Shown here: one piece after another, positions 39,249-54,032 of the stretch
Layout: every line of letters starts with the position of its first letter
Numbering within the stretch: position 1 is the first letter of the stretch
DNA from: Tubulanus polymorphus
Lineage: Eukaryota; Animalia; Nemertea
Direction of reading: 5' to 3'
Assembly (NCBI RefSeq): GCF_964204645.1
Contig: NC_134029.1
Coordinates: forward strand, 6,696,001 to 6,760,000
DNA length: 64,000 bases
Made by a program: the position numbers and the translations under genes
Notes under the pieces: generated by a model
The model's database searches: none
What the model saw: only the letters and a program-made list of their open reading frames with translations
What the model was told of the DNA's origin: nothing

Positions 39249-42200
39249 GGCACCGGGGTTAGTCTACGTATGAAGGTTAACTTTTTAACTACAAGTTTAT
39301 TCATTTCTTGATCAAATAAAAACAATACATGCATAGTTCACACAAAACTTTAATAAAACTATTAATCGTTAGAATCCGTGGGAATCTCTTGGGAACTTCA
39401 CACTTATTCCAGACGAGGAAGCGACTGCAGCAGATGTCTGGCCGGAATTGAGATTTGCATTAAGACCAGGGGACTCGGGTGCAAGGGATTTTTCTAGCAC
39501 GAAAAATTGAATGTTTTATCGCCGAAGAGTCGGTGTGTAGAACGATCTGCATTGAGAATATCTACTGAGAAATTGTCGAGTGGACGCGACTTGCTCGTGA
39601 CTAGTGTTTGCAGGAACAATTTATTGCTCTTGAGTTGTGACATAGGATAGATTTCAAAGCGCGTTATCGACTGTTAAGATTCAAGTCGTATTACCTGATG
39701 TTAGATATCCGTGAATGCGATATCATACGGAATCTCGTTTATCTTGAATTATCGTCGTAAATATGATTATAATCAAATACGTTTATATGTGGAGAAAATG
39801 ATTTTCTTTCGGGGAATTTTCCTAATACGTACATGTAAATAGTTTCTTCTTAATCAGGAAGATCACTAATCTTATTAATATCGAGACAAAAAAGCATTGA
39901 AAAACATATTCTAAAAACAGATTCGTTAAGCTTTTCATCATTTTGCTTCCATTCAGACTTTCGTGGTTTAATTAGATTATCGCGAGAGCGACGCTTCGTT
40001 TATGTGTGTAAAAATTCGATTCATCAATTCGCTGACATTTTACTAATGTTCGTCGCCTGGAAATGTCGGCCATACGCTGACCCGTGTCCCCGATCGCTAG
40101 GCGATTTACAGTCCACCTGTCTGTCTTCATAATGCACGCCGATATTTTCTAATATTAAGCCTATTAGTCACTTATCATCTACTGACGCATTACTGTCATC
40201 GGCCATTCAGCAGTTAAGTGGTAAAATGATGCTAAATCCGGCTGATGTCGAAAGTGCGAACTCGTAGCCGAGCCGACGATCGAATATCCTCGCTTCCGGT
40301 ATGTAGCGGATCGAATGATATGAAACCGGGATTTTCTATCGAATTTGAAGTGCGTAGTACCTGCGGGGTTAACGCAAATAAAGAATCGGGTTTCCTCGTA
40401 TGTCGAACCCCTTGTGTAAATTAATCGTCCGGTTCGAATACGTTATATCGAATAGGAAAACCGTGTCTGTAACTCTGGCCATCTTTCGCGGTCCAGCATG
40501 CATATACATTAACGCAGACGTTGTTTTGATTTAACCAGTGAATTAATTGAAATTTCATTTTTGCATGGACAATCAGGGGCCTAAAAACGTTTTTAGGCCC
40601 CTGTCTGAGAAATTGGCCTAAGGACCTTTCGAATATCATCGTATGCCATGCGCGTAAGCCGATTGTAGAAAAAATATGTCCCTTTACCGGGGCTTACAAA
40701 CTATCGTTGCACGTACATTGTGATAAGCTTCTTTTTAGGGTTGTCAGTGCACTCTCAATTTCATTTACTCGAAGATCTACTCGAAGATTTACTCGAAGAG
40801 TCACGTTTGATGAAAGTATCGAGAAAAAGACCTGGAAGTATTTCCGTTTCAAGGTTCAACCAGGGAAGTGTAATCACTACACTTCCCTGGTTCTACCGAT
40901 GATACAGGACTTCGAAGACCATGTCTTGAGCGATACCGAACTCGTTATAAAGTCCATATATTGTGAATCTGCAACCAATTTTCACCTTTTCGCCAAGTGA
41001 TATGTTGAGAGCGTATCGTAGCAATCGGTTGTATGGCCTGAGTCGAGGATTAAAGGGGCCTTTACAGACGAGATTAGCCATTGTAAAGCCGTGATTAACT
41101 CCCCTTCTCTCAAGGAGATATTTTAAAGAGAGTGTGTCGTAGTTAGCGTATGTTTGGCGTATTGTGAATGAAGATATGACACACGCGCGCATTAATGATC
41201 AGGCGGCGTGAATTCACTAGAGAAATCACGTCCTGAAGGAGCGTTACATTTCTATCGGCTTAGCCGAGAATACGTTTCCTCGGTTCATCTATACATGTGT
41301 GACTATGTCAGATAACTTGTTACCGGTAGAGCTTTGCTGCAGCCTATCAGTTTTACACTTTTGCTAGGCTTTACTGTGTATATAGATATATCAATGAATA
41401 TGCAATAATATGGAAGTTTCCTCTTTCAAACAAAGGTCACTCTCATCATCGCATTCTATTTTGCAACGGTTGTTTACTTTGTGTTTAAATTTTGCTGGAA
41501 ATTGCTATATAACCTGAAACGAATTGAAATGCATTAAACACATAAGGATAAGTGCGGTAGAAAATAGAATAGAAATACACATGTATAAACCAATAAACAT
41601 AAATGTACAAAGATGACGGTCAAAAGATGACGGAAACATTGTGATTCGGACGATGACTCTTCCGGCTGATTCAGTACTGGGTATCTTTTAAATATCTTTG
41701 AGACCGTTGTATTAAAATCTCTGTTGTAGTCAATTCCATTTTAGTTCACAAAACCAGTTTATCGACGAATAGAAAGATTGATACAGCACTACTTCAGTTT
41801 TCAAGAGTTAACTACTCGACAGAAGGCTAATTGGCGGTAACAACCTCCTGCATAATTATAGCAATGTATTTGAGTGAATTCATGCCTATTTACACGCATA
41901 AATACATATAACAATGATTCGGATGCTTTACCCAAACAGGTGGTCATTTAAGTGTTGATGCCCGATGAAACATACCTAAGTGACTTACGTTACCGAATGT
42001 TCACCGCCCGGGAGGAATTGTGAACTATATTTCTTTAACCCGGCAGGTAGAGTGTCGGAAGTCAATGCATTTACACCCCGGTGCTCCAATTAGAATCGTT
42101 TAACTTCCGATTAGGCATTAAGTCGCCGGGTCGCTTTGTTTTCGAGTGGCAATAATTGGCCGTCAAGCACGGGAAAATTAGCTCGCTTGACTCGTGTTTG

Positions 42201-45136
42201 ATGACAATGGTCGGCGGCCGTACACGCGAACGGAGCCGTCCGTGGACGCGTGCCGTGTGGTCAAACCGAGACGATATCCATGGACAATGATATCGCCGCG
42301 ACGAGCAATTAAATTAGACAATTTAAATGAAACCTTGCCGCTGGGAAAGAACCAAGTCGCGTTTACAATGCTTCATAAATCGTTGAATTGGTATTGTATT
42401 GATTCTGCTTGTTCCGTGTTATAAGGTTTCATTGAATTGGTTCTTTACTTGGTGGCGTTCGTAGGAGAAAGCTAATTTTCGTGTTAGCACAACATTGACG
42501 GGTGCACGCTACACAAACACCTATTAACATAGCCATCGCTTTCAGCATCTGTCAAAACGACAAGTAAACACAACACTAATTCTCAACTTGCCAAATATCC
42601 CATGGAAATCTAGTCGTCAACAATTAATGGGAAACGAGACACCCGGTAAATGTCGCTAATTCCCGATGTTGCTGGTTAAACTAATATTTCTTTTAGTGCT
42701 ATTTTGATTGAATTTCACCAGGTGTGATTTTCTATTGGTCCACGGGTGTGGTTAGGTTCACCTTAAAAATCCACCTACGTCTCCAGTGTTTGGCATATCC
42801 ATAGTAATGATTTTGTGTTTAGAATTAAGCTTTACTTTGGATATTTCTAAGTAAATTAAGTAATACTACTGAGGTTTAAAATACTGGTTACATTATAATG
42901 TTTGCGGTATGATTTTGCTCCTGGATCCAGTTCCACAGCCGGCTAATAGGGTTGGTGACTGAGAGCCGGATTCAAGACTCAATAAGTTTTGATATTATGA
43001 GTCCGGGTTTGAGTCCCAGCCCGGTCACAGTCGCTGTCTTATTTGGATGAGACACATTGGTCTTGTCTATTGTTAACAATGTGCTTGAAGTAATTGATTA
43101 ATCAGTAATTGATTAGTCACAACTGTGGTTCCAATCTATCTAAAAAACGTTGATCTTTGAAGATTGTCTTTTCCCATATTGTAACGCGAGACCAATAATT
43201 GGAGATAATTATTTAGGGATTTTCGTACAATTTCATAAATTTTATTTTACCGAAATGTCGTTTTTTTCTATCTCTTTTGGATATAATGTTTACAATATAT
43301 TCATAATCAATCATCGTCATTATCATCATAACCATTCGTGTATTTTCTGTAGTTGTTCGCATATCAATATTTCATAAATAAATAGATAAACAAACGAGTA
43401 TAAGGCAAATGAATGTGAGTGACTAAGTTTTTACAATGACAATTCTCGGTGGGTTTTTTACGTTCAAATATGCAGTATTTACAATAAATTCTCAATATTT
43501 ACTTACAAAATGTACACAAGATATACAATACAAGAGCATAAAACATTTTGACAATATATTACTAGTATTAACTACTCAAGACAAGGCGAAAATGATTCCG
43601 CCTGATTTTTTCTATCATGTATTTGTTCCGGAAACGGCTCGCAAGAGATTCAACGCATTTCATTCAACATTATATTATTCAACGAGATATTCCTATAGAT
43701 CGTGTATGAGGACTCTTCGTTAGTGATTATAATAATGTATAACTTCAGTAGATAAAAGAAACAACAAAACAAAAACAAAAATTTTTGGGGGCCGGTTTCG
43801 TAGAGGTGATTGGAATGTTTCAAGTGGTACTGGGACTTGGAATATATAGTCTACGAAACCGGTCCTCGGGAATACAATCGGTGGACATTGAAAAATGCAA
43901 AAATACATAGCACATTGATAATGATAAAACGACTATACGGTATTGTATAATGATAAAATGATAAAATTGAACACAACAAAAGGTTTGTGAAAACATCACT
44001 GACAACTCGAGAAAATGCAACAAAACGAATATGAACTATTTTCGTTCTGTTCTTAATATGAATGAAAACAAAATAAATGCTGGCAATTTTGTTGAGAGCG
44101 CGATTTCTAATGTGCAAATTGACTGGAATATTGGAATAACGCGTGAATGCCTGACAGAAATGCATCGTTTTAAACCTATATAGAAGCGAAAAGTTTGATC
44201 ATTATCTACAGGTAACTGATTCGAAAATGCTGCCTTCTCTTATCACAGTGAATCGAGAAAATATATCAATTCATATAAGATCGCTGTTTACGAGTTAACT
44301 AAAATTTAAATGCAAACAAATTGAATTCTTGCAATCAACTTTAGCGTAGGAAAAATTAAACTATAATCATTGGCAATTTGCATCGGACCTGATTGCAACG
44401 CCAGAACTCGCTGTTGGCTAAAAATGCTGTGAGCATTTCACGTAAAAGGCTTTAAAATGCATCAGGATTACGAGCTCGCAATTATCTACTACACATTTTC
44501 TTTTCAGTCTGATTTCATCAGCTGCGGATTTTAGTTTTTTTTCCAGCATAAAGCGACAAAAACGGCACCTGAAGCTGGCGTAGTAGTACGGCGAACGGGC
44601 TGTAAAAGCTTTTGTCTGAAATACTCGCCGCACGTAATCTTTCTACGAAACGCAACCGACTACTAGTTGATCGATGGAATGGCGCGCCTGCCCGCGGGCA
44701 AATGGAGAGCAGACAGACGACGTTGAAATAGCGCGACAAGCGAATTGCTCCTAACAAAATGGAAAAATTCAACTATTCGAAAAATAACCTATTCGATGAG
44801 CAGAATTAGCGATTATTTTGACAAAAATATCCGTTAAGCCGAAGAGTTTTCGAATTTTTCTTTTTCGAACAACGCTGCAGATGTAGAATTTGATGATGGC
44901 CACGATGATTTTAAGTTCCGAATTATTGTTGCCCACCTCACGCGATGTTGCTGTATTGTCGCAATTGTATCGAAAACACATACATATCATGAGACTAGTA
45001 TCTCAGAATGTCGACAATGGAAGTATTGTTAAAGAATCAAACATGGCGGCGGCGATTTGACCGATTTTCTACACGCATTTCCGGATTTGACAATGGAGTT
45101 CAAACGATTTTCCTATTTGGACATATGTCCGCATAA

Positions 45137-45281
<145 letters not shown>

Positions 45282-45755
45282 TCGACAATTAAACGATTAT
45301 AGCCTTATAGAAATTATCAAACGTCTGCGCAATCGCTGGGGCGGTGCGCCTGCAAGTCACTTTCAAACGACAAAACGAAAAAAAGTTATTTAAGAAATCC
45401 ATGTAAAAAAGAAAGATTTCAACGCTCAATAGCGTTATTCGATATGCCGAAGCACTTTAAGTTAAGTTAGCTCTTAGCGAAATTCTTATTTTGTCATTTC
45501 CTGATTGTCTTCTTGTTTATCGATTAAGGACTTTAATAGCGAGCAGAAGGATTATTTCATTTTTCTTTCCGTGTTGAACGCGCAAAATTACTCATCGAAA
45601 ATATAGAATTCGGAATAGTCGTCCTTAGCTGGCAACGCGATTCGCGATGTCAACCGGCACCATAACAAGAACTCCGCTGTTCCTTAGCTAATTTTCTAAA
45701 CAAATTATATGCATTTGATGAAAATATTCACCGTGTGAATATATAAACGCGAAAT

Positions 45756-45762
<7 letters not shown>

Positions 45763-45808
<46 letters not shown>
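45763..45808. repeat. (TA)n microsatellite
   Basis: Shorter TA run. Confidence 0.95.
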
Positions 45809-45818
<10 letters not shown>

Positions 45819-47222
45819 TGGTCGCGAGTGTGAATAGAATATGCGGTTGCACTGAGAATCAGTAAGAATGGCGCTATCTCCGTAGAGAACATATGAAGAT
45901 GAATCCGATCGCATTTCTCTATATTATCAGCGTACGATTCCCAGTAGTGCTTTTGAATCAAGAACACTCCATGAATTTTTAATGCCAAGAAAGAGCGCTC
46001 CATCTTGTCGCGTATGTATAACGAGAGATACACAATAGTCTGTTATCGTTACAATATACACACATACATTTATATACCGATCTACTTATTTTCTGTCGGA
46101 TTACGTTTTTTTTGAAAATGAGTCAAGATTTCCTTAATAAACACCTTCGCATTTCCCTAAATGTGTGTATAAATATATATGCCGCATCATTAATTGGGTG
46201 TATCGGCTATACTCGTTCGAATAAATGATTAAATGCTATTCTCGTATTAATTCGATGAAAAATTCATACAGATCTTTGAGGGCGAATCAGGTGTTATTTT
46301 ATCGTGTCGAATATTTCGAATCTCTATAACGCAGTTGCAATTCTAAGTTGTAAGCTACGCTACGCGGCACAAGTGAATATCTACCTGTATTCTAAGCATT
46401 ACAGGGTACGTCACATTTTCTTGTGTTTTATGAGTATTAATTAAACCCCAGAGAATGCGGCGACTGCCATTAGAGCATCGTCTAAGCGTGGCTGCTTTCT
46501 CTCAAAGCCCGCATCTCGATATTAATAATGATTTGATTACGGATAAACCATATTATGTCCGAGACAAAACGACATTAAACGAGAGCTCGCAATAGTTGCC
46601 AGATACGATCAGGGCGCCCCCTGGGACACGACACGAACACCGGGTCTACTACAAAGGTTTAACTTTATCTCGCATGTCGACATATTACGAATATTTTTAT
46701 ATTGGACTTGATTTATCGACGCTGGCCGACACAAAATCTAACGCGTTGAAAATAAGTCAAATGTTCAAAGCCTATAGGATTTGATTCATGAAAATCGTGA
46801 AATATTTCGTATTGAGTGCTAATATTATGTATAGGAAAATAGAGATTTATATAATATATAGTATCTATGAAGAAAGGATAGATTTCTTATCATTACATTC
46901 GGAGGGTTTCGGAAATGAGGTATTCATGCGTTTTCGCTAATCTAAAATCGACGCTCAAAAAGACCGTCGTCGACACCGAACTAAAAAGGTACATATATAT
47001 ATATATATATAGAAAAAAACAATACTCGTGGTTACCGTATTTTTGCGCCCAGAGAGCAGCACAGTATTGCACTTGGTTCCCGGATACATAGTTCACAATA
47101 GTAAATGATATGTACAAAACAAAATCATACGTCTAGTTTTTTATAGAAAGTTATCTGCACTGCAAAATTGTTGTTTTAAATCTTCGTATTTACAAATTTC
47201 AGAATGGAATATTATCGAGTTG

Positions 47223-49559
47223 TCAAAGCATCCCGTGCCCGACTGCTGAGAATTTCATTCGCTTTTGTTTCTGTCTTTGATTACAGAACCACACGCGTAC
47301 AACGTTTTTCTTCAAGTCCAATTTCTCGGCGATTTGTGCAATTTTTTCTCCTGAGGGCCTCGGCTGGACTGCGAAATACGCCTCTAACGATCGTTTTTCG
47401 GGCGCCGCGATAGAAGTCCGTTTACGTTTTTTATCCATACCGTTCGCGTACACGTCTGGATTGTTCTTTTTCTCTCTAGCGACGCGTTCTGCCTCCTCCA
47501 ACCACGCTTGGAGAACGGGCTTCAACGCGATCATGTTATTATGACTGAGCGTAAGCGATTCGAATCTACAAATCGTGCTTTGGCTTAAAGAGCCGACGCC
47601 TGGCAGTTTCAATTTGCCCAGAGCCGAGCCCACATCCGCCTGTGTGACACCGAGTTTGATTCTACGCTGTTTGAATCGTTCCGCGAAGGCTTCAAGTTCT
47701 CTCGGGTCGCATTCTTGATCGTGCATGGTATGTGGATGCATATTATGATGACTAGGCGGCATTCCTGGATGTCCGTTCATGCCGTTGTGAGGATGTGAAT
47801 AGGTCGGAGTGTAACCCATTTGATGCGGAGGCGGACCGTGGTGATGGTGACCATTTGCCGGATGGTGGCCATTGTGATGATCAGTCATAGACGATAAAGG
47901 CATCGACGCGGCAGCGGACATTTGATCTAACATTGAATCGGTGGTGGTGAAGCCATGTAGTGGACCCATCTGATGCGGTCTCGAAACGGAAGGATTGATG
48001 TTATGATGCCCCATGTCAGTATGCCCGTAAATGCTATCGTGTTTCATCAGCGGAGGTGACGATGCTTTGGAATGGATGTCGGCTGCGGCAAGTGCCTCGG
48101 CTCGCGCTAGTAAACTGTCATCTAACCCTCCAAAGATGTTTCCCTACAATAGACAAGAGATTAAGCACGCATTAGACAATGATCAGAAATCCGAATTCCG
48201 ATGGGACTGATACCCCGTAATTATATCCTTAATATGAGCCGTTGTCTTCATTCTCGGTTGTATCGAAGCCGTGTGTGTCATCGACGATGGTTTCACTAAT
48301 ACCACCGTTGACTTCATAGTAACGAGGTGTAGAGGGTTGTAAAACAGCCCTAGACAAAATGATCGGACAGATGGCCGAACTCGGATGAAATATTCCACTC
48401 CGTGCAATTTCGCCACCTTCGTTATACATTTTGTTTTATGAAATTTACAACTTAAAGAATTAAGTTTCACGTCGACTGAAATAATTCAGCAACCGACGTA
48501 AGTTTCAAAATACTGCCCGAAAATTGAATCGACAAGTTGTCAACTTTACGGAATTCATTCAGATTGCAAAATCATGGCAAAATTTAGACGTATAGAAATC
48601 GGTTTTTAGTACTAGCAGTCACAGCAAATAAAATGAAACCAGATAGTCTAGAGAAATGAATACAAGTTAACTTTCTGGATACTCTTCCGATACTGCAGAA
48701 ACGTATACAGTCTGGAAAATACATTACTGTAATGTACTTGTTATATGTCGCTAAGTTAGAAAAAAATATCAGACGAAACAATAATACTCGAACGACTGCA
48801 TTTATTTTCGGGAGTCTGTTAACGGTAAAAGATACGTCTGATATGTTGTCGTGTTAAAGCAAGTTTATCAAATATTTATAGACATCGCCGTAACATAATA
48901 AATGAAATCGTTGTACAATTCGCGATTCGTACTTCGTTCGCAAAAACGTAGAAATTCGCCCTCTTTTACAACCAGCGGGTTTAGCGGAAAAAACCACTTA
49001 TATATATTCCACTCAAATCATAAGATTCAGATTCAGATTAAGAACAATCTCGAAATTCAAATAGATGTTGAAAAATATTTTCGTCAAGAAAAACCTTAAT
49101 TGATACCGAACTAACTTTATGGTATAAAAACATCGCTCTTAATATAGAAGAGTGAAATGGAAAATTTTTCTTAAATAATTTTTTCTTATTCAAATATCAG
49201 ACTTATTCATATATTAGAAAATATCACCTGAGACACATGCGAAAACTACAAACGATAGATTAAACTGTTTACCCGTTGCTTCACAAAAATTGATACATAA
49301 TTAAATTGTACATCGTCATTTCTATAAAAAATTACTAGAATACACGAGTGATTTTGATCCGTGAATTATTAACGAAAAGATACTCAGAAATGAAAATTAC
49401 AAAACATACCGAATGATGGTTGGACATCCTGCGAATTGGATCCGGTGGACGGTACGGCGGGGGTGAGTAACGCCCCTGAAGGCTCGGCGGCCCACCGTGA
49501 TGGTTCATATTGTGGTGCATGCCCAGGTGAGACTGCGGTTTTGGATTCATCATCATCAT
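47223..49559 (-). CDS. POU4: POU class IV homeodomain transcription factor (POU4/Brn3/unc-86/acj6 orthologue), 356 aa
   Basis: Exon 1 49559-49410 (50 aa, donor gtatgt); exon 2 48143-47223 (acceptor gtag). POU-IV box GNIFGGLDDSLLARAEALAAADI, POU-specific domain DPRELEAFAERFKQRRIKLGVTQADVG...SQSTICRFESLTLSHNNM, and homeodomain KKRKRTSIAAPEKRSLEAYF...VVRVWFCNQRQKQKRMK. Confidence 0.97.
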
Positions 49560-49629
49560 TATGAATTTATACTAATCCCAAAATCACAAGAAGAGAATGT
49601 TGTCCGGTGTTGTCAGAATGATAGCTAGT

Positions 49630-49810
49630 CGTTGACTGTGACTACTCCACAACTCACGCCGCGCTTTCATTTATTCTCGCACACCTGTTCTCTCTTTGAG
49701 CGAGTCACGTGACGGCGCCATAACTTAGTACCAACCAATCAGCGCGCTTAATTTTTAATGACAATCGACGACCAGCCTTTTCGAGCCGTAAGAGACGCAT
49801 AATAAGAAAT
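49630..49810 (-). promoter_or_regulatory. Putative POU4 proximal promoter
   Basis: TATA-like AATAAA on the minus strand (49670-49675), palindromic E-box GTCACGTGAC (49704-49713), CCAATC (49735-49740) and GCATAATAA (49797-49805), all within 250 bp of the start codon. Confidence 0.5.
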
Positions 49811-51558
49811 ACTCCGCTCAAGTGCGAGTATGGGAAAACGAAGCAGCGCAGAAGCTGCAAGTTCCGTCCGGGATATTTGTTTTGAAATTATATGATTTTT
49901 GATGACGAGCTGGCAACGCGTTTAGCAGCGTTTTGGCCTCGTGCACGGCCGAACGACATTACTGCAGTAAACATTGCACCTGAAACATGAAATCTATCCA
50001 GGTGGTGGCAACGCTGCACATCTATATTTTCCGAACTGGAATCCTCGCAGACGGCATTTGTCCCACCAGTAAAATATAAACAACTTTCTTTACATTTCAC
50101 TTTTTGTCGATTTCAGAATATCCCGTCGCCGAACAAAGCCCACATGTTCCATAACAATAGAACTACAATTGAACTCGAAGACCGGACAAACTTTCCGAGA
50201 GCTCTTTTCCTCCGGCTGGTGTTTGTTTTTAGAACGTATTTGACCAACAAATATGTTTCATTCACAGGGACTCGTGTTGACAAACTTAGCAAGTAGTTGT
50301 ATAAACTAAGTGAGCTTGACTTAAGGCAGAAATGCATCTGACGGGGACATGTAGATTATGTTATTGGCTTTATACTTATACACTTGATAATTCTCAGTCA
50401 ATAGAATGCAGCTACTTGACGGCGATCGGCATCCGATTTCAGAGAAGTTCGCTTCAGCTTTCAGGTACCTCCACCCGACCAGGTAAAAAGCACAAACGAC
50501 AGGATCAAATTCTTCATAAATATTTCAGATGCGATCGATTTGCGTTTGTCGCAATAGTCTTTTTTCTGCGCGCACCACAAGACGGCATCCGTCTTTTTTT
50601 CGTCGTGGAGAGACAAAAAACCCATTTCAAATAAAAATTTGAAGGAAACAAAGCGTGCTCCGATGATCGGTAAGATTATTTCGGTTCGTTAGTACAAATC
50701 GGGTAAACGTAAATATTTGTGCCAACAACTTAAATTACCCAAAATTTGTGATTGAAAAGATATTTTACGTCCATCTTAATAAATATGTACCATATTAACA
50801 TGGCATATGCTTTGCATTTTTGTTTACTTCATATATGATACTAGAGTAGCAGAAGATATTTCACGCGTGAATTTAAGATTTAAAGGTATTTGCAGTGTGC
50901 ATTTTCCATTTCGTTATACTACCGACCCGCGTTAATTAATAAAGATGGTGTTAGTAATATCACCTGCGCTCTTTTAACCATGACGTGCCGGTCATCTGGT
51001 TTCGTTGCGAACGTATTTCTATAACTAGAAACTGTAACAAGTTTCGGTGTGTATGTGGCCACGTATGGACGTGCTTAAATGAAGATAACCGTACACAAAA
51101 GATCTATAATTCATGTATCCGCAAACAGGGCATATTTTATTTATCATTTTCTCGCGCGCGAGAAACATCGCCGACATAGCGCTAAATCTAACTGATCTTG
51201 CTGTTTTATTCATGCATGTTTATCTATTGTATGCATTTTTAAGCTTTGCGCAATCCGGAGTCAATTATACCCTCGGCACTTTCGAGTTATGATTCCGATT
51301 CATTGGCATGCATCATCTTTGTATATATGCGCGTCGACAACAAAATACACACATTTTCATTACAACGTTTAAGTTAATTCGAGGCGACAACCAACAATCA
51401 AACCAACTATTTCTAAAACTTGATAAACCTATAACTTTTCATAAATTCTGTATCAACAGTACCATTAGTTCGATACGGTTAGAATAAGTGTATTTAAGAT
51501 ACGTGTTAGCATTTTTCGGTAAAAGGTCATCGAAAATTCTTAGAAACTATAATAATAA

Positions 51559-51694
51559 CAGTGGCGGATCACCATTATAGAAAATAGTGAAATTGTGAAC
51601 ATATTTCATTCCTAACTTCAACCAGGAAAGTGCTCAGACCCCCATGTATAAGTAGTGACCCAAGTAAGTAGTGTGACCCCTTTTTCCGCCCCTG
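51559..51694. mobile_element. Short MITE of the CAGGGGCGGATC-TIR family
   Basis: cagtggcggatc...tccgcccctg termini. Confidence 0.5.
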
Positions 51695-53633
51695 AAAATA
51701 ATTATTATATATCGTTGTTTTTTCTATGAAGAGATCCTTCTGGTTAATTGTTTGGATTTTATCATTTTTCAACTTAATGGATAGTAGTTTTTACCGACAG
51801 ATGACATAATGACTATCCTAATTCACAATACGGAGGATCACGTGAAATAATAGGAAGATAAATGGTAACGATTCTAATTGGCTTCGAACCAATCAATTTG
51901 CGGAATCATTTTCTACGATTAATTGCTTTTTCATCGGTCGAAATGACGATATCCGTGCGCATGGCAATCAAAGTTTGTTTATATATGAGTACGACAACAA
52001 AGTGCGGGTCACGTGCCTAAGAGCAGACATCAATGCGAAAAAATGGCCGATATTGTTACAACAGTCGTTACTCCTGCTCGTGCCGGTGATACCTAGGTGC
52101 TTTTTGATCGGTGCCGCGCGCGCTCACACCGTAATTCTATTTGTTTGTATTTCGGTTAATAAAAACCCGTTCTAATTGCGCCCCGTTTAATTTCAACACC
52201 AGTTCCGGCCCTGAAAAGCACCTCGATTTTCACACGATCAGCAAGCAATTGACAATGATACCGAAACCTTTAGAAATGAAAAATTAATTTCATTTTTTCT
52301 ATTCGTTCCTAAAACGTCGGAAAAATAGAATAAAAACATAAATTTTATCATAATTAAGATACATTGGTTGAGACTTTTTGCCATAAAATGTCAAGATTCC
52401 AGTGCAATTTGTGTAAATCTTTTTCGCAGATCATCTTTCCTACGATCATCAAATCTTTCAAGCATTACAAATCTTTTACTCTCGTAATGCCGATCTTAAT
52501 TTGTCGTCGATTGGCTCCCAGGTGACAACATTAGTTATCAACTTTTCGACTGAGCAACTCTGGCTAGGCCAAGCCGCGAATAACAAGCAGCCTGCAGTTA
52601 GTTTTCGCATCATTTTCTGCTCAGTCGATTTCGCGATGACGGCCACCGGTAAATTTCCGTCAGAAATGACTCACTAAATAGCCGTCGATGGCTCACTTGA
52701 AAGCCATAAAACAGACCATAAAATCAGAATGCAAGATAGAATTTTCACCACGTTATTCTGTCGTTCTCATTCGCGATGAAGTTTTTATCACCGGAGGACA
52801 AGTCTCAGATCAAATCAATTGTGTCCAAATAAATGTGTCGGATATCTAATAAAAGTCATCTGCTTTGCGGCCAAACAACAAAGAAATATGCGTAAAGTAC
52901 CGGCTGGGAATAACGTAATGATCACTGATTGTATTTATTAATATGAATATAGATAGAATTCCGAGACTAAATAAGAAATAAGTCAATATAAAAACCGGCA
53001 AGATGACTTAAATTCACGTTAGTTTTTTACGAGAAATTGAACGGACGCCATCGAGATTTTCAAGATGTATTTTCAAATTTTCTATCTTAAAATAGTGATT
53101 GACTATTGATTGCTATGTTTTAATTGGGAAGATTTCGTTTGATTTTGGTTTTGAAGTCCCTTACAAACCCATCTCACCTGCCCGGAGTGAAACAGGGGGT
53201 CCGATTTTGAAATCGGAAATCGAAGTACAGATAGTAATGTGATCGGTGATCGGTAATGTGATCGGGAATTATTTGTCTAAATCGAAATACAATCTAACGA
53301 AGTATAACATTACTTGAGCAACGCCTCCGCAGAAACTTAGTTTGTTCATGTTTGTTTTACGATGAAACATATGCTACTTCGGACACAGCCACCGCCCGCG
53401 GGATCAAAGCTAATATACCGACCACCCTCGCATGTAGTATATACTCGTGAATAAACACCAAATGTGAAACTGGACATGAAAATTAGTAGCGTCCGAATCG
53501 AACGGGAGACAAGCGTCGGCACCTTCGAGTCGCACTCTCACACCGCGCCAAGATCAAAGAACCTGTTTATGAATATTGTCCGCTGACCATGTCCTAGGAT
53601 CGGCGTAAATTAAAATTAATCAAAGGTCAACCT

Positions 53634-53635
<2 letters not shown>

Positions 53636-53668
<33 letters not shown>

Positions 53669-53897
53669 GAGAGAGAGAGAGAGAGAGGGGGAGAGAGGGA
53701 GAGAGGGAGAGAGGGAGAGAGGGAGAGAGGGAGAGAGGGAGAGAGGGAGAGAGGGAGAGAGGGAGAGAGGGAGAGAGGGAGAGAGGGAGAGAGGGAGAGA
53801 GGGAGAGAGGGAGAGAGGGAGAGAGGGAGAGAGGGAGAGAGGGAGAGAGGGAGAGAGGGAGAGAGGGAGAGAGGGAGAGAGGGAGAGAGAGAGAGAG
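53636..53897. repeat. Compound (GA)n/(GAGAGGGA)n polypurine repeat
   Basis: ~260 bp of almost pure purines; an octamer array between (GA)n ends. Confidence 0.97.
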
Positions 53898-54032
53898 GTA
53901 TCATACGCAATTAATTTTTGATTGCAGTTGAAAATAATTTCGCAAAATATCAAAATAACAAGTAAAATTGGTTTTAGAGACTGCGTATGAATGAAAAACA
54001 TACGAGAGATGCAACAATAATTGAAGAAATAA

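Noticed and set aside
39377-39403. Paired Su(H)/CSL-like site GTGGGAA...TTCACAC
   Set aside because: The spacer is 12 bp rather than the 15-17 bp of functional paired sites.
37428-40800. Short tandem duplications (19-mer x2 at ~37428; 12-mer x3 at ~40767) as CRISPR-like repeats
   Set aside because: No spacers and no cas genes; ordinary slippage repeats.
47223-48047. The 274-aa ORF as the complete POU4 protein
   Set aside because: The frame extends to the acceptor at 48143, including the POU-IV box, and joins exon 1 at 49410-49559.
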